DNA of 64,000 bases from a virus. The stretch's first letter is position 1; each line of letters starts with the position of its first letter. Under the pieces are notes generated by a model. The model saw only the letters and a list, made by a program, of their open reading frames with translations, ran no database searches and was not told the DNA's origin. Shown one piece after another: positions 20,401-28,463 of this stretch. Made by a program: the position numbers and the translations under genes. The DNA lies in IMG/VR virus record IMGVR_UViG_3300025405_000011, positions 68,619-132,618 of that record. One strand, 5' to 3'.

Positions 20401-20619
20401 TGAACCCAAACCATAGTCAACAACCAGTGTATAGGGTCCACTGGTTCCCAGAGGATTGGTGGTATTATAGCCATAGGGGCTAACTTCATACCAACCGGTG
20501 GTGTTGGCTACGGTTAATGTTTGGTTAGAAACATAACCACTAGCAACTGTAGCTACAAGATATGTAGGAGCCGCACCACCGGGGTATGAACGTATTACAC
20601 TGGAATCAGGAAGGGCCAT
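14446..20619 (-). CDS. Long tail fibre with trimeric coiled-coil segments
   Basis: 2057 aa. 7/14-aa repeats (NIATLSGQMVTANS, NIATISGKQVTDEA), repeated GGDLTG.YPNPT and GTYG....PVITTD..GR modules, LPKAGGTMSGAIAMG.NKITGLA motif. Confidence 0.8.
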   Translation of the reverse strand: MALPDSSVIRSYPGGAAPTYLVATVASGYVSNQTLTVANTTGWYEVSPYGYNTTNPLGTSGPYTLVVDYGLGSEEKILCASGAIALGLNTVINIYNVSGTNGRGYDGTLAQPHAAGFPDNFNVFPVSTAIEQAQFNYITADAVISGSVAGGDLVGSYPNPTLPPVSTSGTYGNNASSLTLTLDNKGRVIDTYVNEIEIAESQVTNLTTNLITISGNQTTMSGQIATISGKQVTDEDAITNLGIGLGIANDNIDLLNQNSVVLSGYVSTISGNQATDEDNIAVLSGQIIATNTKVATLSGNLTTLTNNFTTLSGQFVTLSGNQSIDESNIAALSGQVVIISGTLSGVVNNQITDEVNIATLSGQMVTANSNIATISGNQATDEDNIATLSGQMVTANSNIATNSGQIVTNSSNISTLSGQMVTANSNIATISGKQVTDESNFVTLSGQVANQGNSIGVISGKQVTDETNISTLSGQMVTANSNIATNSGNIVTLSGSLDITNNNIVSLSGRQAADAVNITALQNGTSTLSGYVATISGKQVTDEGNIATLSGLQITDASNIATISGKQAIDEANIATISGKQVTDESNIATISGNFVTLSGQYATTSGVVNTISGKQVTDEVNIATISGQVVTITNNVATISGNQITDESNIATLSGQMVTANTNIATNSGNISTLSGYWYTTNQNLILLEGDVSTDEANIATISGQVVTNTSNIASLSGSLATLSGQYVTTSGLVTDQSGYIATISGNQVTDEANIATISGNFTTLSGQYATTSGVVNTISGKQVTDEANISTVSGVAATNTINIATLSGQMVTANSNIATNSGNIVSLSGQFATTSGRTIFSGTNATGDLSGTYPGPTVAKIQGISISPTAPTNNQVLRYSTTSGTWYAGTGNALFPTTTKSGNYTAVPNDYVVCNATAGAMTVTLTNAPANGSVIAVASQTTSTYDVTIVASGSDNIAGDGSFVLAGNGVFNSVEFYYDSVRTEWLISSNNFGDTAGGDLTGTYPNPTVSYLNGTPVSSTPPNTGQVLASVGGVWTPITSSGVGTPGPGGANGYYGAFYDTTTTQTATSTTSGNVVAIGSTFTANGITRSASGTITFGYTGTYLVAYTVQLFTSSNASRNVDIWFRKNGVNVPNTNATFAVPNGPAGSAVTAAVTHIITASGNDNFQIMWMPTNTDTTIKTIASGANYPTAPGVFVSVSQIMYNQTGTYTVNAVAASGTNAATATPLTLSTYAPVTGATASGNTASGTGVILPTPTYNGQWMQIHNEDLTSWLLVYPQPTAYIDNGSTGAPIWLPPTSYWEGVATTTLSWDTAIQPLTSNSLAVNYLVAPGQTDIELQTYGTPGTYGTTSGIPVITTDTYGRSTVTVTGVQINQSQVTGLSGNLSALSGSITTTNSNLATLSGQYVTTSGIVTTNTSNIATLSGQMVTANANIASTSGSLVTLSGQYVTTSGVVNTISGKQVTDENNIATLSGNLVTLSGSLNTTNSNLASLSGQYATLSGQYATTSGVVNTISGKQVIDETNIATLSGQMVTANSNIATLSGQMITANNNIATNSGSIVTTNSNVSTISGKQITDESNIATLSGQMVTANSNIATLSGQMVTANTNIATVSGVAAAALPKAGGTMSGAIAMGSNKITGLANGSAASDAAAFGQIPTALPPNGTAGGDLTGSYPNPTLSGVGTAGTYGSATLVPVITTDSKGRVTGVTTSAPLDSTKLPLAGGSLTGPLYSNSSVTVTGNVTVTGILSVPYTVSASSGTNTPPINNGSLNYSDVNIMAGFSSNVGNYNQMVMQNTNSGTTSSTNFNVSNNLATASSYYGEFGMNSSNYAGTGGFNIPNAVYVGAANGDVTLGTYTANSIHFVNNNSSNDSMTITSAGLVVAASGLTVTGTLSASVGGDLTGTLPNPTVAKIQGVAISNTAPASGSVLTYNGTQWAPVNDIEYYGLVDLTTQSAAIGTTLIYSTPTAQLYNLNFYGKVTTAATTSSTLGPVSVIFTDPDGTTITLTDDSTSANTTSSAVYGSFQFYAKSGTNISYSVAYASSGATAMQYNLHMKLT

Positions 20620-20649
20620 TTAAATGGACTCCGAGGGTTTCGTATTCTC

Positions 20650-21201
20650 TTAGTAAGGGTACGAAGCCGACTGCCAGGTAGGAGTTACTGTAAGGGAGTC
20701 ACCACTAGCAAGTGTCACTGTTGAAAGGTCACTGAATGGAGCATACCATAGAACTGCACCGTCTCCACCAGGGCCCGAAGGGTTACCGGCACCATTAAAA
20801 GTAGCAACAAAGATACCGTTAATGTCACTAGCAGTATCTGGACCAGTATTAGTCCAAGTAAGTGCACCACTGTATGTAGTCTGCTCTACTGGAATGTTGC
20901 TTTCACCATTAATGGTAATTACTGTACTGGTAATGGCTTGCCATCCACTGGCAGCAAGAGGAATACGTGCATAACCATCAAGGTCACTCACTTCCAATAC
21001 ATCATAGCCGGAATCACCATTGTTTAGATAGATTGGAAGGTCTCCACCACTGACCCAACCACTAATTGTTGACCAAGGAGTTGCAGTAAGTCCAAGGTAG
21101 GTAGTGGTAGGAGCTGCTTGTGTTCCACGTGGAAGAACATTCAACATGTAGTCGAGTCCTTCAGCTGGGAAGAAGAAAGTAGAATTGAAGTTTGCTGTCA
21201 T
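20650..21201 (-). CDS. Minor tail/virion protein
   Basis: GYARIPL...W...LWYAPFS...TLASGDSLTVTP pattern common in minor tail proteins. RBS AGGAG. Confidence 0.55.
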   Translation of the reverse strand: MTANFNSTFFFPAEGLDYMLNVLPRGTQAAPTTTYLGLTATPWSTISGWVSGGDLPIYLNNGDSGYDVLEVSDLDGYARIPLAASGWQAITSTVITINGESNIPVEQTTYSGALTWTNTGPDTASDINGIFVATFNGAGNPSGPGGDGAVLWYAPFSDLSTVTLASGDSLTVTPTWQSASYPY

Positions 21202-21212
21202 AATTTTATCTC

Positions 21213-21818
21213 CTAGATAAATTGTATACTAACGTTGAACTGCATTGAGTCTCCGGGAGTTAAACTAACTACAGGAAAACTACTTTTTAAGAACATGGTT
21301 CCTGCAACTCCCGTTACCGGGGTATATGTAGGAATTATAGAAGTAGAACGGGTTGAACCGTTATACCCCCTTGTTACATAAAACGTATCGGTCCCATTGC
21401 CCGAAGTAACTAACATTACTTCAGTTGAAACCTGTACTTCAAACGGAAACGAGTTCCCGTAGGTACCATATAAGTTAACTCGAATACTGGTATCACCGGG
21501 ATTAACCTGTGAAGTTAACTGTCCATTAGGAGCAGTTAGACCACTATCGAATAGACCAATATTGCTAACCGTTTGGTATATATCAGAATTTATTGTTCCA
21601 ATACATAGATAAGTGTCTCCAGAAGTTACAATGGTCTCTTTCGAGATTGTGCACCTTACCGGATTAAGAGTTGGACTAAATAATGCTACATCTGTAGGTG
21701 AAACTGTTTGTGTTCCAGACCCCCACGCCATATATTGTATGGGTGCTAATCCGAAACCCGAACCTAGAATACAATTAACTAGACTAGTTCTGCCCTGTGT
21801 CGTTAGTAACGAGATCAT
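21213..21818 (-). CDS. Tail-collar/baseplate-type structural protein
   Basis: LLTTQGR...YMAWGSG...DVALF...NIGLFD...GDSMQF pattern. Likely start MISLL at 21818. Confidence 0.55.
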   Translation of the reverse strand: MISLLTTQGRTSLVNCILGSGFGLAPIQYMAWGSGTQTVSPTDVALFSPTLNPVRCTISKETIVTSGDTYLCIGTINSDIYQTVSNIGLFDSGLTAPNGQLTSQVNPGDTSIRVNLYGTYGNSFPFEVQVSTEVMLVTSGNGTDTFYVTRGYNGSTRSTSIIPTYTPVTGVAGTMFLKSSFPVVSLTPGDSMQFNVSIQFI

Positions 21819-21930
21819 TCTCTTCTTCAGTCCCAACCCTTACTAGGTCGATGTCACCATATACTTCTTGTGTGCCATCGGCTCTAGTAACAGTTGCGTT
21901 AACTTTTATAGTAAAGGGTTTGTAATTCAT
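21784..21930 (-). CDS. Small hypothetical protein (48 aa)
   Basis: MNYKPFTIKVNATVTRADGTQEVYG; the ATG lies right after the previous stop. Confidence 0.45.
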   Translation of the reverse strand: MNYKPFTIKVNATVTRADGTQEVYGDIDLVRVGTEEENDLVTNDTGQN

Positions 21931-21931
21931 A

Positions 21932-22615
21932 CTAGCACTGTTGTTGCTTAGTATTCCTCTGCTGAGTCTGATTAAGGTTACCCTGGTACTTAGTGTAATA
22001 AGCGGCCCATTGCTGAGTCTCTGATCCACCGTCTGGGCCTTCGCCTGTATTGATTTGACGAACTTGTACTTGAACTACCTTAGTAGTATCTTGTACTACA
22101 GCTCCACCACCGTTAACTGGGTAGGCGTGTACTGTAGCATCATCAATCCAAGTAGGATTAGCATTAGGAGTACCAACATAGTTAGGGTAAGAAACATTTT
22201 CACTAGCAAGTGTTATATTGGTAATAACTGGAGTACGACCAGTTCCACTAATTACTGTAAGTACATCTCCAGCACCAGCACCAAAAATGATGTCTGTCTT
22301 ATTACCGGCAAGGAATTGATTTCCATTGGTATCAGTAGTTAGATTTACTGTAGAAGGCTCAACTGCTTGAAGAGCTGTAATTAGATTTCCAGCAGTAGAG
22401 AGTCCACTTAGTGTACTAGTCTTTAGGTGAGTTGTACCACCACTAATAGTAAAAGTGCAAGTGGGGTCAGTTACAGACAATGACCAGAGTCCATTGGTTG
22501 CATAACCAGCATCAATTACACTTTTTGGATTAGCAGTATAGGAGTTGGCTCCACCACGAGTGTTGGAACGTACTGTCTGCTTGGTACTTTGTTCTAATGG
22601 GACATTAACAGTCAT
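21932..22615 (-). CDS. Hypothetical virion protein
   Basis: 227 aa, T/S/G/N-rich, tightly packed in the structural operon. Confidence 0.6.
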   Translation of the reverse strand: MTVNVPLEQSTKQTVRSNTRGGANSYTANPKSVIDAGYATNGLWSLSVTDPTCTFTISGGTTHLKTSTLSGLSTAGNLITALQAVEPSTVNLTTDTNGNQFLAGNKTDIIFGAGAGDVLTVISGTGRTPVITNITLASENVSYPNYVGTPNANPTWIDDATVHAYPVNGGGAVVQDTTKVVQVQVRQINTGEGPDGGSETQQWAAYYTKYQGNLNQTQQRNTKQQQC

Positions 22616-22617
22616 AA

Positions 22618-22905
22618 TTAGAATCCTCTCTGAGTTGTATTGTACTGACCAGCTTGATAAACAAAACCACCAAGGTTTTGACTACCGTAACCAGTGGCTT
22701 CTGGGTCTACTGTAAGTACATTATAGGTTTGTGGTAGCCATGGGTAAAACCAGTTAGTATTAGAATAGGTCAAAGTATCTTGATCTGCATCAACCACAAT
22801 CCCTACGGGACCAGCTGACTTTACTGGCTCGGCCTTGAGTTCAGAGACAGCCTTTTTTGGGGCCTCTGTCTCAATTACATTTGTGTTTACTGTCTCTTCG
22901 CTCAA
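22618..22905 (-). CDS. Hypothetical protein
   Basis: 95 aa, TTG start with AAGGAG RBS. Confidence 0.6.
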   Translation of the reverse strand: MSEETVNTNVIETEAPKKAVSELKAEPVKSAGPVGIVVDADQDTLTYSNTNWFYPWLPQTYNVLTVDPEATGYGSQNLGGFVYQAGQYNTTQRGF

Positions 22906-22943
22906 TTTAAGCTCCTTGTAGAACGGGAGCGGGCTCCCGATTA

Positions 22944-23498
22944 TTATTTAAGGTTTTGCGGTTTATTAGAGTCACCCCAGATTTGAGCTGGAGTTTGTCC
23001 TGGTCCCTTAGGTTCTGCTTCATCAGGCAATGAAATTTTGTACATTCCATTGTTCTCACTGGCAGTTGGTCCAAGAGACTCCATAAGGTGATTCAAGTGA
23101 TTTTCACTTTCACTTGACTCATCTGCGAGTTCATTAATTCTATTCATGGCATCATCATCATTCAAGAAGCGAATCTTACCACGTTGTACTGCTCGAAGAA
23201 TAAAAGGATCTCTTCTAAGTGCTTCATCAATAGTTTGTACACTACCGTGTAGACCGTTAGCCTTAAGTTTAAAGCTACCTTTAGGACTACTAAATACTGT
23301 ACTAGCTGTTGTTAGATTCTCAATCCAACCACCGGTTTCTACATCCTGCATTCCTTTAAAAGCAGTTGGAACTGGTGTTCTGGCTGCTGCTAAGTCTTGT
23401 GGATCTGCCTTGTGATCTTCGATGTAACCGTCCTCATAGGGGACTGCTACTGGAACACTTTGACCGTTATCTCCGGATCGTGATACTGTTTTTGCCAT
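22944..23498 (-). CDS. Hypothetical protein downstream of the capsid gene
   Basis: 184-aa ORF in the operon direction. Confidence 0.65.
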   Translation of the reverse strand: MAKTVSRSGDNGQSVPVAVPYEDGYIEDHKADPQDLAAARTPVPTAFKGMQDVETGGWIENLTTASTVFSSPKGSFKLKANGLHGSVQTIDEALRRDPFILRAVQRGKIRFLNDDDAMNRINELADESSESENHLNHLMESLGPTASENNGMYKISLPDEAEPKGPGQTPAQIWGDSNKPQNLK

Positions 23499-23610
23499 TT
23501 TATTTTCCTATCTTCAAGGGAGACTTTTTTTATCTCCTAAATAGGTACGAGATATTCATACCTAGTTGTTACATCAAGGGTATTTCTTTACTACAAAAAT
23601 TTTACAACTT

Positions 23611-23647
23611 AGTGGAGCTTGAGCCATTTATAGACCCAAGCTCCACC
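23611..23647 (-). terminator. Hairpin (likely terminator) after the major capsid gene
   Basis: GGTGGAGCTTGGGTC-TATAAAT-GGCTCAAGCTCCACT on the minus strand, 17 nt after the stop, followed by a T-rich run. Confidence 0.6.
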
Positions 23648-23664
23648 AAATGTAAATGTTAAGA

Positions 23665-24678
23665 CTAAGCCTTAACGATCTTACCAAGACCACGTGGGTT
23701 CAATACGATCTCTGAAACGAGCTCGTCCATTACCCATCCCTTGTGGAACTTCTCAGGGGTGTGGTTCTCTTCTACATCGAGTGAGTACATAACTGGGAAT
23801 ACACCGAGGAACTCTGGTGATGGAGTCATGTAAACTGTTCCCTGTGGAACTTCGATTGAACGCTGTACTTGGAAGCCACCGAACTGAACAATACGCTCAC
23901 CGGCAACAACACGGTCCTTAAAGGCCCAACCTGTTTGGTTAATGTCCCACTTGTAGAGGTCACGGTAGTCGATTGGGTTAAACAAAAGACGACTGGCTTC
24001 CAACTGGTGGACTTCAATCAATGCTACGAGGTCATAGAGCGAATCAGGAGTAATGTATCCTGAAAGTTCGTTAACTACGTGGTTAGGTGATACTGTGTGG
24101 TTAGGGTCGACAGCATAGTTGTTAATTGCAGCTTCAAGAACTGTAATTAGACGAGCGTCTTCCTGCATCATAATAGCCTGCTTGGACATGTCCTGAGCAT
24201 ATTCTACGATGTTAACACGCAAGTACCATAGGTCTTCCTTCTTAATTTGAGGGAATGTAGCGATACGGAACAAACGGACCGGAACCTTCTTACCTTCGAA
24301 TGGAGTAACGCGGACTTCGCCTTCGTTACCACTCAAGATGTAGGCCTGACCATATTCGTCAAGTACGTCGTACATAACTGGTACACCAGGTGTTAGTGGA
24401 TCTTCCAGAAGAACGTTACGAGTCATACCTTGGTAACGAAGCTTAAGCTGGATAGGACCAATCATACCCTGACCAAGACGAACCATGTAGTTGTCCTTGT
24501 CGGCGAGGATTCCAGCAAGACGACGCTGCTTTTCCTCACGGGTGGCTGTCTTACGACCAGTTGCAGCAGCGAGACGCTCTTGAGCCTCTACAATGTTTGC
24601 AACATAATCATCAGACTTCTTTGCGGTACGAGGAGCCAAGTGTTCAGCTACTGCACCATTAGGAGTGATTGAACTCAT
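23665..24678 (-). CDS. Major capsid protein (HK97 fold)
   Basis: 337 aa; GPIQLKLRYQGMTRNVLLED...FRIATFPQI...QEDARLI...GWVMDE...LNPRG. Strong RBS GAAAGGA, biased codon use, follows protease and scaffold. Confidence 0.85.
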   Translation of the reverse strand: MSSITPNGAVAEHLAPRTAKKSDDYVANIVEAQERLAAATGRKTATREEKQRRLAGILADKDNYMVRLGQGMIGPIQLKLRYQGMTRNVLLEDPLTPGVPVMYDVLDEYGQAYILSGNEGEVRVTPFEGKKVPVRLFRIATFPQIKKEDLWYLRVNIVEYAQDMSKQAIMMQEDARLITVLEAAINNYAVDPNHTVSPNHVVNELSGYITPDSLYDLVALIEVHQLEASRLLFNPIDYRDLYKWDINQTGWAFKDRVVAGERIVQFGGFQVQRSIEVPQGTVYMTPSPEFLGVFPVMYSLDVEENHTPEKFHKGWVMDELVSEIVLNPRGLGKIVKA

Positions 24679-24710
24679 TATGGATATTTCCTTTCTTTAC
24701 CAGTAACTAA

Positions 24711-25235
24711 CTAGTTCTGTGGGTTAACGTTGTTAACGAGGCGAATAACGATCTGTGTTGGACTAACAACATCGATCAATTCAGCAACGACTACACCGTA
24801 TTGGTTACTACCAGAAACACTTGTAAGAGCACCTGGGTTAACAGAGCTAGCATACAGGAACTGACGTGATCCGTTAGTTGGAACCGTGTAAGCCGCTGCA
24901 GTGTCGAATGCTGGAGCACCGATGGTGAAGAAAGCATTGCTTCCTCCGAGCCATACAGCCCAAGCATTTACACCAACTTGACTAATGTCGTCAATGTTAG
25001 GGTTACGGTCCAAGCATGAGAGTCCAAATGGTTGTGCAGCTGTACTTGTGCAAGCAGCTCCACCCAAAAGGGCCACTGTATCCGGGCCAGTCTTAGCCAT
25101 GATCATACCAGAGTAAACGTTACCGGTCTCTGCTGGATCAAGGAATGTGTTGTATGGTGTAGCCTCGTACTTTTCGTACAATGGAGTGCACGTACGGTGT
25201 ACCCCAACGTTTGCTACGCTATTAAGTTGCAGCAT
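24711..25235 (-). CDS. Probable capsid decoration/cement protein
   Basis: 174-aa beta-rich ORF between scaffold and capsid. RBS AAGGAG. Confidence 0.55.
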   Translation of the reverse strand: MLQLNSVANVGVHRTCTPLYEKYEATPYNTFLDPAETGNVYSGMIMAKTGPDTVALLGGAACTSTAAQPFGLSCLDRNPNIDDISQVGVNAWAVWLGGSNAFFTIGAPAFDTAAAYTVPTNGSRQFLYASSVNPGALTSVSGSNQYGVVVAELIDVVSPTQIVIRLVNNVNPQN

Positions 25236-25265
25236 AATTTATTTCTCCTTAGTAGGGGATTGTGG

Positions 25266-26543
25266 TTAAAGTGTCATCAACCAATCGTCAGACAAAAGGT
25301 CCTGACGAGTAACTGATGAGGCCGTCGTCATACGACCCATTTCGGGCAAACGGTTGTTACCGCTGGCCACTTTTTGGCTCCGAGGCTGACGGGCCCCAGA
25401 CTCTTCGAGCATATCGAGACTAGCTTTAAATCCTTCAAGCTTAGAATCTGACATTTGCTCAAACTTTGCGATGTGCTTAGCACGGTCATTATTGTTGACC
25501 ATTCCAAGCTTCTCGAGACGCTCTACAACTTGTAGGGCTTCAAAAATCTTTTCACGACTGGCCTGTACGGCAGCAACCGTTCCTTGATACCCAACGAGTG
25601 CAGGGTTAGTGCCATCGAAAGGCCAAGGGTTGTTGTCATCGTCGACCTGAGGAGTCTTACCAGTTTCGGCTCCGTCGTTGTAGTAGTCTACATAACCGGC
25701 ATCTTCTCCGTTTACATTTTCAGCTACTTCCACATTTGTTATGTGGTCAGGAGTCATTGCATCTTCTTTGGTAAAGTGACTGCCCGAATCATCCAAGTCA
25801 CGAACGTCAGTTACCTGAAGTGTCTCTTGGTTACCGTTAGTAGCAATACGCTTTTCACGTTCTGCAATACGATCGGCAATAGTTTCTGTCTTAGAAGCAG
25901 TGGCTTTCATGGCATCATCTTCGTCATTGTCACTCTTATCTTTCTCCATCATAGCATCTGCACTATCTGCAGCAACCTTATTAATGGTTTCGGTCAAACT
26001 TTCGAGTGCCTTAAGGTCTTCGTAGGCTTGCTTATAGTTAGAAGTAACTACTAGTTCGTTCTCAATGTCGTTAACAATACCGGCAATAGTACCTACAGTG
26101 TGTACTAGATCTTGCTCGGTAGAAGCTGTTCTTACAAAATCATTGGCTTCTGCAGCAGCAGTAAAGAGACCCGAGAAGTCAAAGTCTTGTTGAGCATCAA
26201 TAGCATCACGAATTTCACGACTAGCCTTATAGACCGAGTAGAGACTTTCTTCTACAGCAGCATACTGTGGTCCCTTTACAGTGTAGACTGCACTAGAACC
26301 AGGTCCACCAACAACATCAGTGTCCACTGAATCAAGATCAGTTACATCAATTGCTGATCCACCTGGGTCTCCGGCTTTCCAATCATCAAGCTCCTCAGCT
26401 ACAGGAAGTTGATCCGGAAGAATAGCTCCCGGGAAAGGGTTAGTAGTTTGGTCATAGTGCTCACCAGTTGTTGGCTTTGGTGCACCACTCTGTTGCCAAG
26501 CATTTTCTGCTGTCTTAGTTAGCTCGTTGTCGAATCGACTCAT
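25266..26543 (-). CDS. Probable scaffolding/prohead core protein
   Basis: Acidic, helical 425 aa between protease and capsid, with many [KR]xA(S) motifs. Confidence 0.6.
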   Translation of the reverse strand: MSRFDNELTKTAENAWQQSGAPKPTTGEHYDQTTNPFPGAILPDQLPVAEELDDWKAGDPGGSAIDVTDLDSVDTDVVGGPGSSAVYTVKGPQYAAVEESLYSVYKASREIRDAIDAQQDFDFSGLFTAAAEANDFVRTASTEQDLVHTVGTIAGIVNDIENELVVTSNYKQAYEDLKALESLTETINKVAADSADAMMEKDKSDNDEDDAMKATASKTETIADRIAEREKRIATNGNQETLQVTDVRDLDDSGSHFTKEDAMTPDHITNVEVAENVNGEDAGYVDYYNDGAETGKTPQVDDDNNPWPFDGTNPALVGYQGTVAAVQASREKIFEALQVVERLEKLGMVNNNDRAKHIAKFEQMSDSKLEGFKASLDMLEESGARQPRSQKVASGNNRLPEMGRMTTASSVTRQDLLSDDWLMTL

Positions 26544-26545
26544 CG

Positions 26546-27187
26546 CTACTCCTGTTCTTCGTCGGAGCCTTTTTGGCCCTCTTGCTTGTTCTTAAAAAAC
26601 TTTTGCTCTGCACTATCTCTTAATGCGTTCATGCCTCTGGTAATTTCAGCGTCACGAACCACACTAACATCATCTAGTTCATCACTGCCTAGACTTTGAT
26701 CTGCGGAAGACTTCTTATTGTTTAGTTTATCTTGTTGCTTTTTGATTTTAACTCCGGCAGGACTTAAAAATCTAAACTTTTTGCTCTTTAAAAGCTTTTC
26801 ACTAGGACCAATAAAAGTAGTATTGATGTCTAGTTGAAGCTTAGGGTTAGCATAATCTTTGACACATTGATCATCATCGCAACTAATGGCATCTTCATCC
26901 ATTTTGTGCCCACAAGGACCCTTGATCTTTTTTACCTTCTTTTGAGTATTTTCAAACAACATATCAGCAAAAGAAAATCTTGCTGCTGCTGCTTTCATAC
27001 CTTGAGACTGTTGCCAGGCTTGTATTGCCTGTAATACTTCTTCAGCAATATACTGACAATCTTCACAAACTCCATTACGATAAGCATTGCCTTGGCACTG
27101 TGGACAATCTCCAAGAATAGTAATGTTAAGTCTCATGACTTCCATTGCTATTTTTTCTAGGTCAGAAGATACTTTTAGAATTGGCAT
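26546..27187 (-). CDS. Head-region protein with Zn-ribbon (CPQC..CEDC)
   Basis: 213 aa, translationally coupled to the protease gene. Confidence 0.6.
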   Translation of the reverse strand: MPILKVSSDLEKIAMEVMRLNITILGDCPQCQGNAYRNGVCEDCQYIAEEVLQAIQAWQQSQGMKAAAARFSFADMLFENTQKKVKKIKGPCGHKMDEDAISCDDDQCVKDYANPKLQLDINTTFIGPSEKLLKSKKFRFLSPAGVKIKKQQDKLNNKKSSADQSLGSDELDDVSVVRDAEITRGMNALRDSAEQKFFKNKQEGQKGSDEEQE

Positions 27188-27849
27188 TAATTAACCATTC
27201 TTTTCTGTAGCAACCAAGCACTTTCGTCGGCCGGTTCGAATACAAAACTTAACTCGAAGAAGTTAGGCTTTACACACGATTCGTAAACCAAAGACTCAAT
27301 TCTCTTTCCCTGTTTATAAACCGTTACTGTACGTCCCTTTAATGCCGGGATGTGTGTACAATATTCTGCAGGCTTGCTAGCATACTTGCCACAAGCACTA
27401 CAAGCTGTTCCTTCTACGTCGGCTCCCATACTTACTGCATTTAGATTTCCTTCCATGATGGCTTTTGCCAACTTGGGGAAAGTCTGTGCATCTACTTCCA
27501 TAAGACAGTAGACACTTGCATCGGTAATTCCTGAAGCCAACTTCGTTTCTTTATACACTGCATCGAGGATTACTCCACGAGCACGATCTGGATCACTGTT
27601 ATTGTGCTCCACATAAATTGGTCTACCTACGAAGGTTTTATAGGACTGCTTAATCTCGTCTACGGGCCATCCGTCGTAGTTAGCATTGACTCTAGAACTA
27701 ATAGCTCTAGAAACTACATATAGATAACCACTGGCCATTTTAAAATCAAAATCGTCAAAAGTTACTGCATGTAGAGCAATGGGCTCCGAGTTTGCTGTGA
27801 GAGAACTACGTCCCATTAGGCTAACAGTCGGAGCACCAAATTTAATCAT
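27187..27849 (-). CDS. Prohead (capsid maturation) protease, assemblin/HK97-like fold
   Basis: N.NYDGW...TFVGRPIYVEH...GVILDA...VSMGA...CSACG...FFELSFV..PAD. Lies between portal and capsid. Confidence 0.8.
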   Translation of the reverse strand: MIKFGAPTVSLMGRSSLTANSEPIALHAVTFDDFDFKMASGYLYVVSRAISSRVNANYDGWPVDEIKQSYKTFVGRPIYVEHNNSDPDRARGVILDAVYKETKLASGITDASVYCLMEVDAQTFPKLAKAIMEGNLNAVSMGADVEGTACSACGKYASKPAEYCTHIPALKGRTVTVYKQGKRIESLVYESCVKPNFFELSFVFEPADESAWLLQKRMVN

Positions 27850-27916
27850 ATGTATACCTTAACTCTATTGGTTCTGAACACTCTTTACATTGTTGTAATC
27901 GTAAAAAGAACGAATC

Positions 27917-28234
27917 TTATAATTCTTCTGCTTCTTTTTGGCCTTTGTGCCAACCAATATGTTCGACTAAAATCTCTCGAGTCTTTGCACCTTCGGCTCT
28001 AAGTTCGGCTAATATTAACTTCATTTCAATTATTGAATCTTCTGTTCGTGCTGCGATGTCACCTATGTTCTGTGTATTTTTTCCATTGGGAGATACTTTG
28101 TAATTGATATCTTTAAGATCTGATGCAATTGTCTTAACAATGATTTTTTTAAGAAAGAAAAGAATAGAGCCCGCTGAAGTAATGATGATGAGTATATTGG
28201 CCCACCATGCTGAATTCCAGACAGTCCCTAACAT
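27917..28234 (-). CDS. Single-TM membrane protein with coiled-coil tail (lysis-accessory-like)
   Basis: N-terminal hydrophobic helix (WWANILIIITSAGSILFFL), then SPNG..D...R.E. Confidence 0.55.
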   Translation of the reverse strand: MLGTVWNSAWWANILIIITSAGSILFFLKKIIVKTIASDLKDINYKVSPNGKNTQNIGDIAARTEDSIIEMKLILAELRAEGAKTREILVEHIGWHKGQKEAEEL

Positions 28235-28235
28235 T

Positions 28236-28424
28236 CTACTCGTTCTCTATCTTTTCATAAATAGAGTTAGAGAGATCTAGCTTGGAGGCATTACGACATT
28301 TACGTCCTTCACCCTCTTTAATTATATCGAGCTTGATTAGAGGACTAACAATATTAAATGAAGTCTTGGCATAACCTACCTTGGGCAGTATGCGAGGCTT
28401 TGGGGAATTAAAGGGATTATTCAT
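28236..28424 (-). CDS. Small hypothetical protein
   Basis: 62-aa ORF that fills the gap between portal and the membrane gene. Confidence 0.45.
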   Translation of the reverse strand: MNNPFNSPKPRILPKVGYAKTSFNIVSPLIKLDIIKEGEGRKCRNASKLDLSNSIYEKIENE

Positions 28425-28463
28425 TATACCTCTTAGTTAGGGAAAGTAAAGGTATTACATTAT

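Noticed and set aside
6638-20619. Tape-measure identity for the 1770-aa or 2057-aa ORF; diversity-generating retroelement in the fibre repeats
   Set aside because: Neither protein has tape-measure-type composition or TM segments. No reverse transcriptase or adenine-specific template/variable repeat pair was seen.
21784-21930. Programmed frameshift joining the 48-aa ORF to the downstream collar-like gene
   Set aside because: No slippery heptamer was seen in the overlap, and the downstream gene has its own plausible start with a purine-rich leader.
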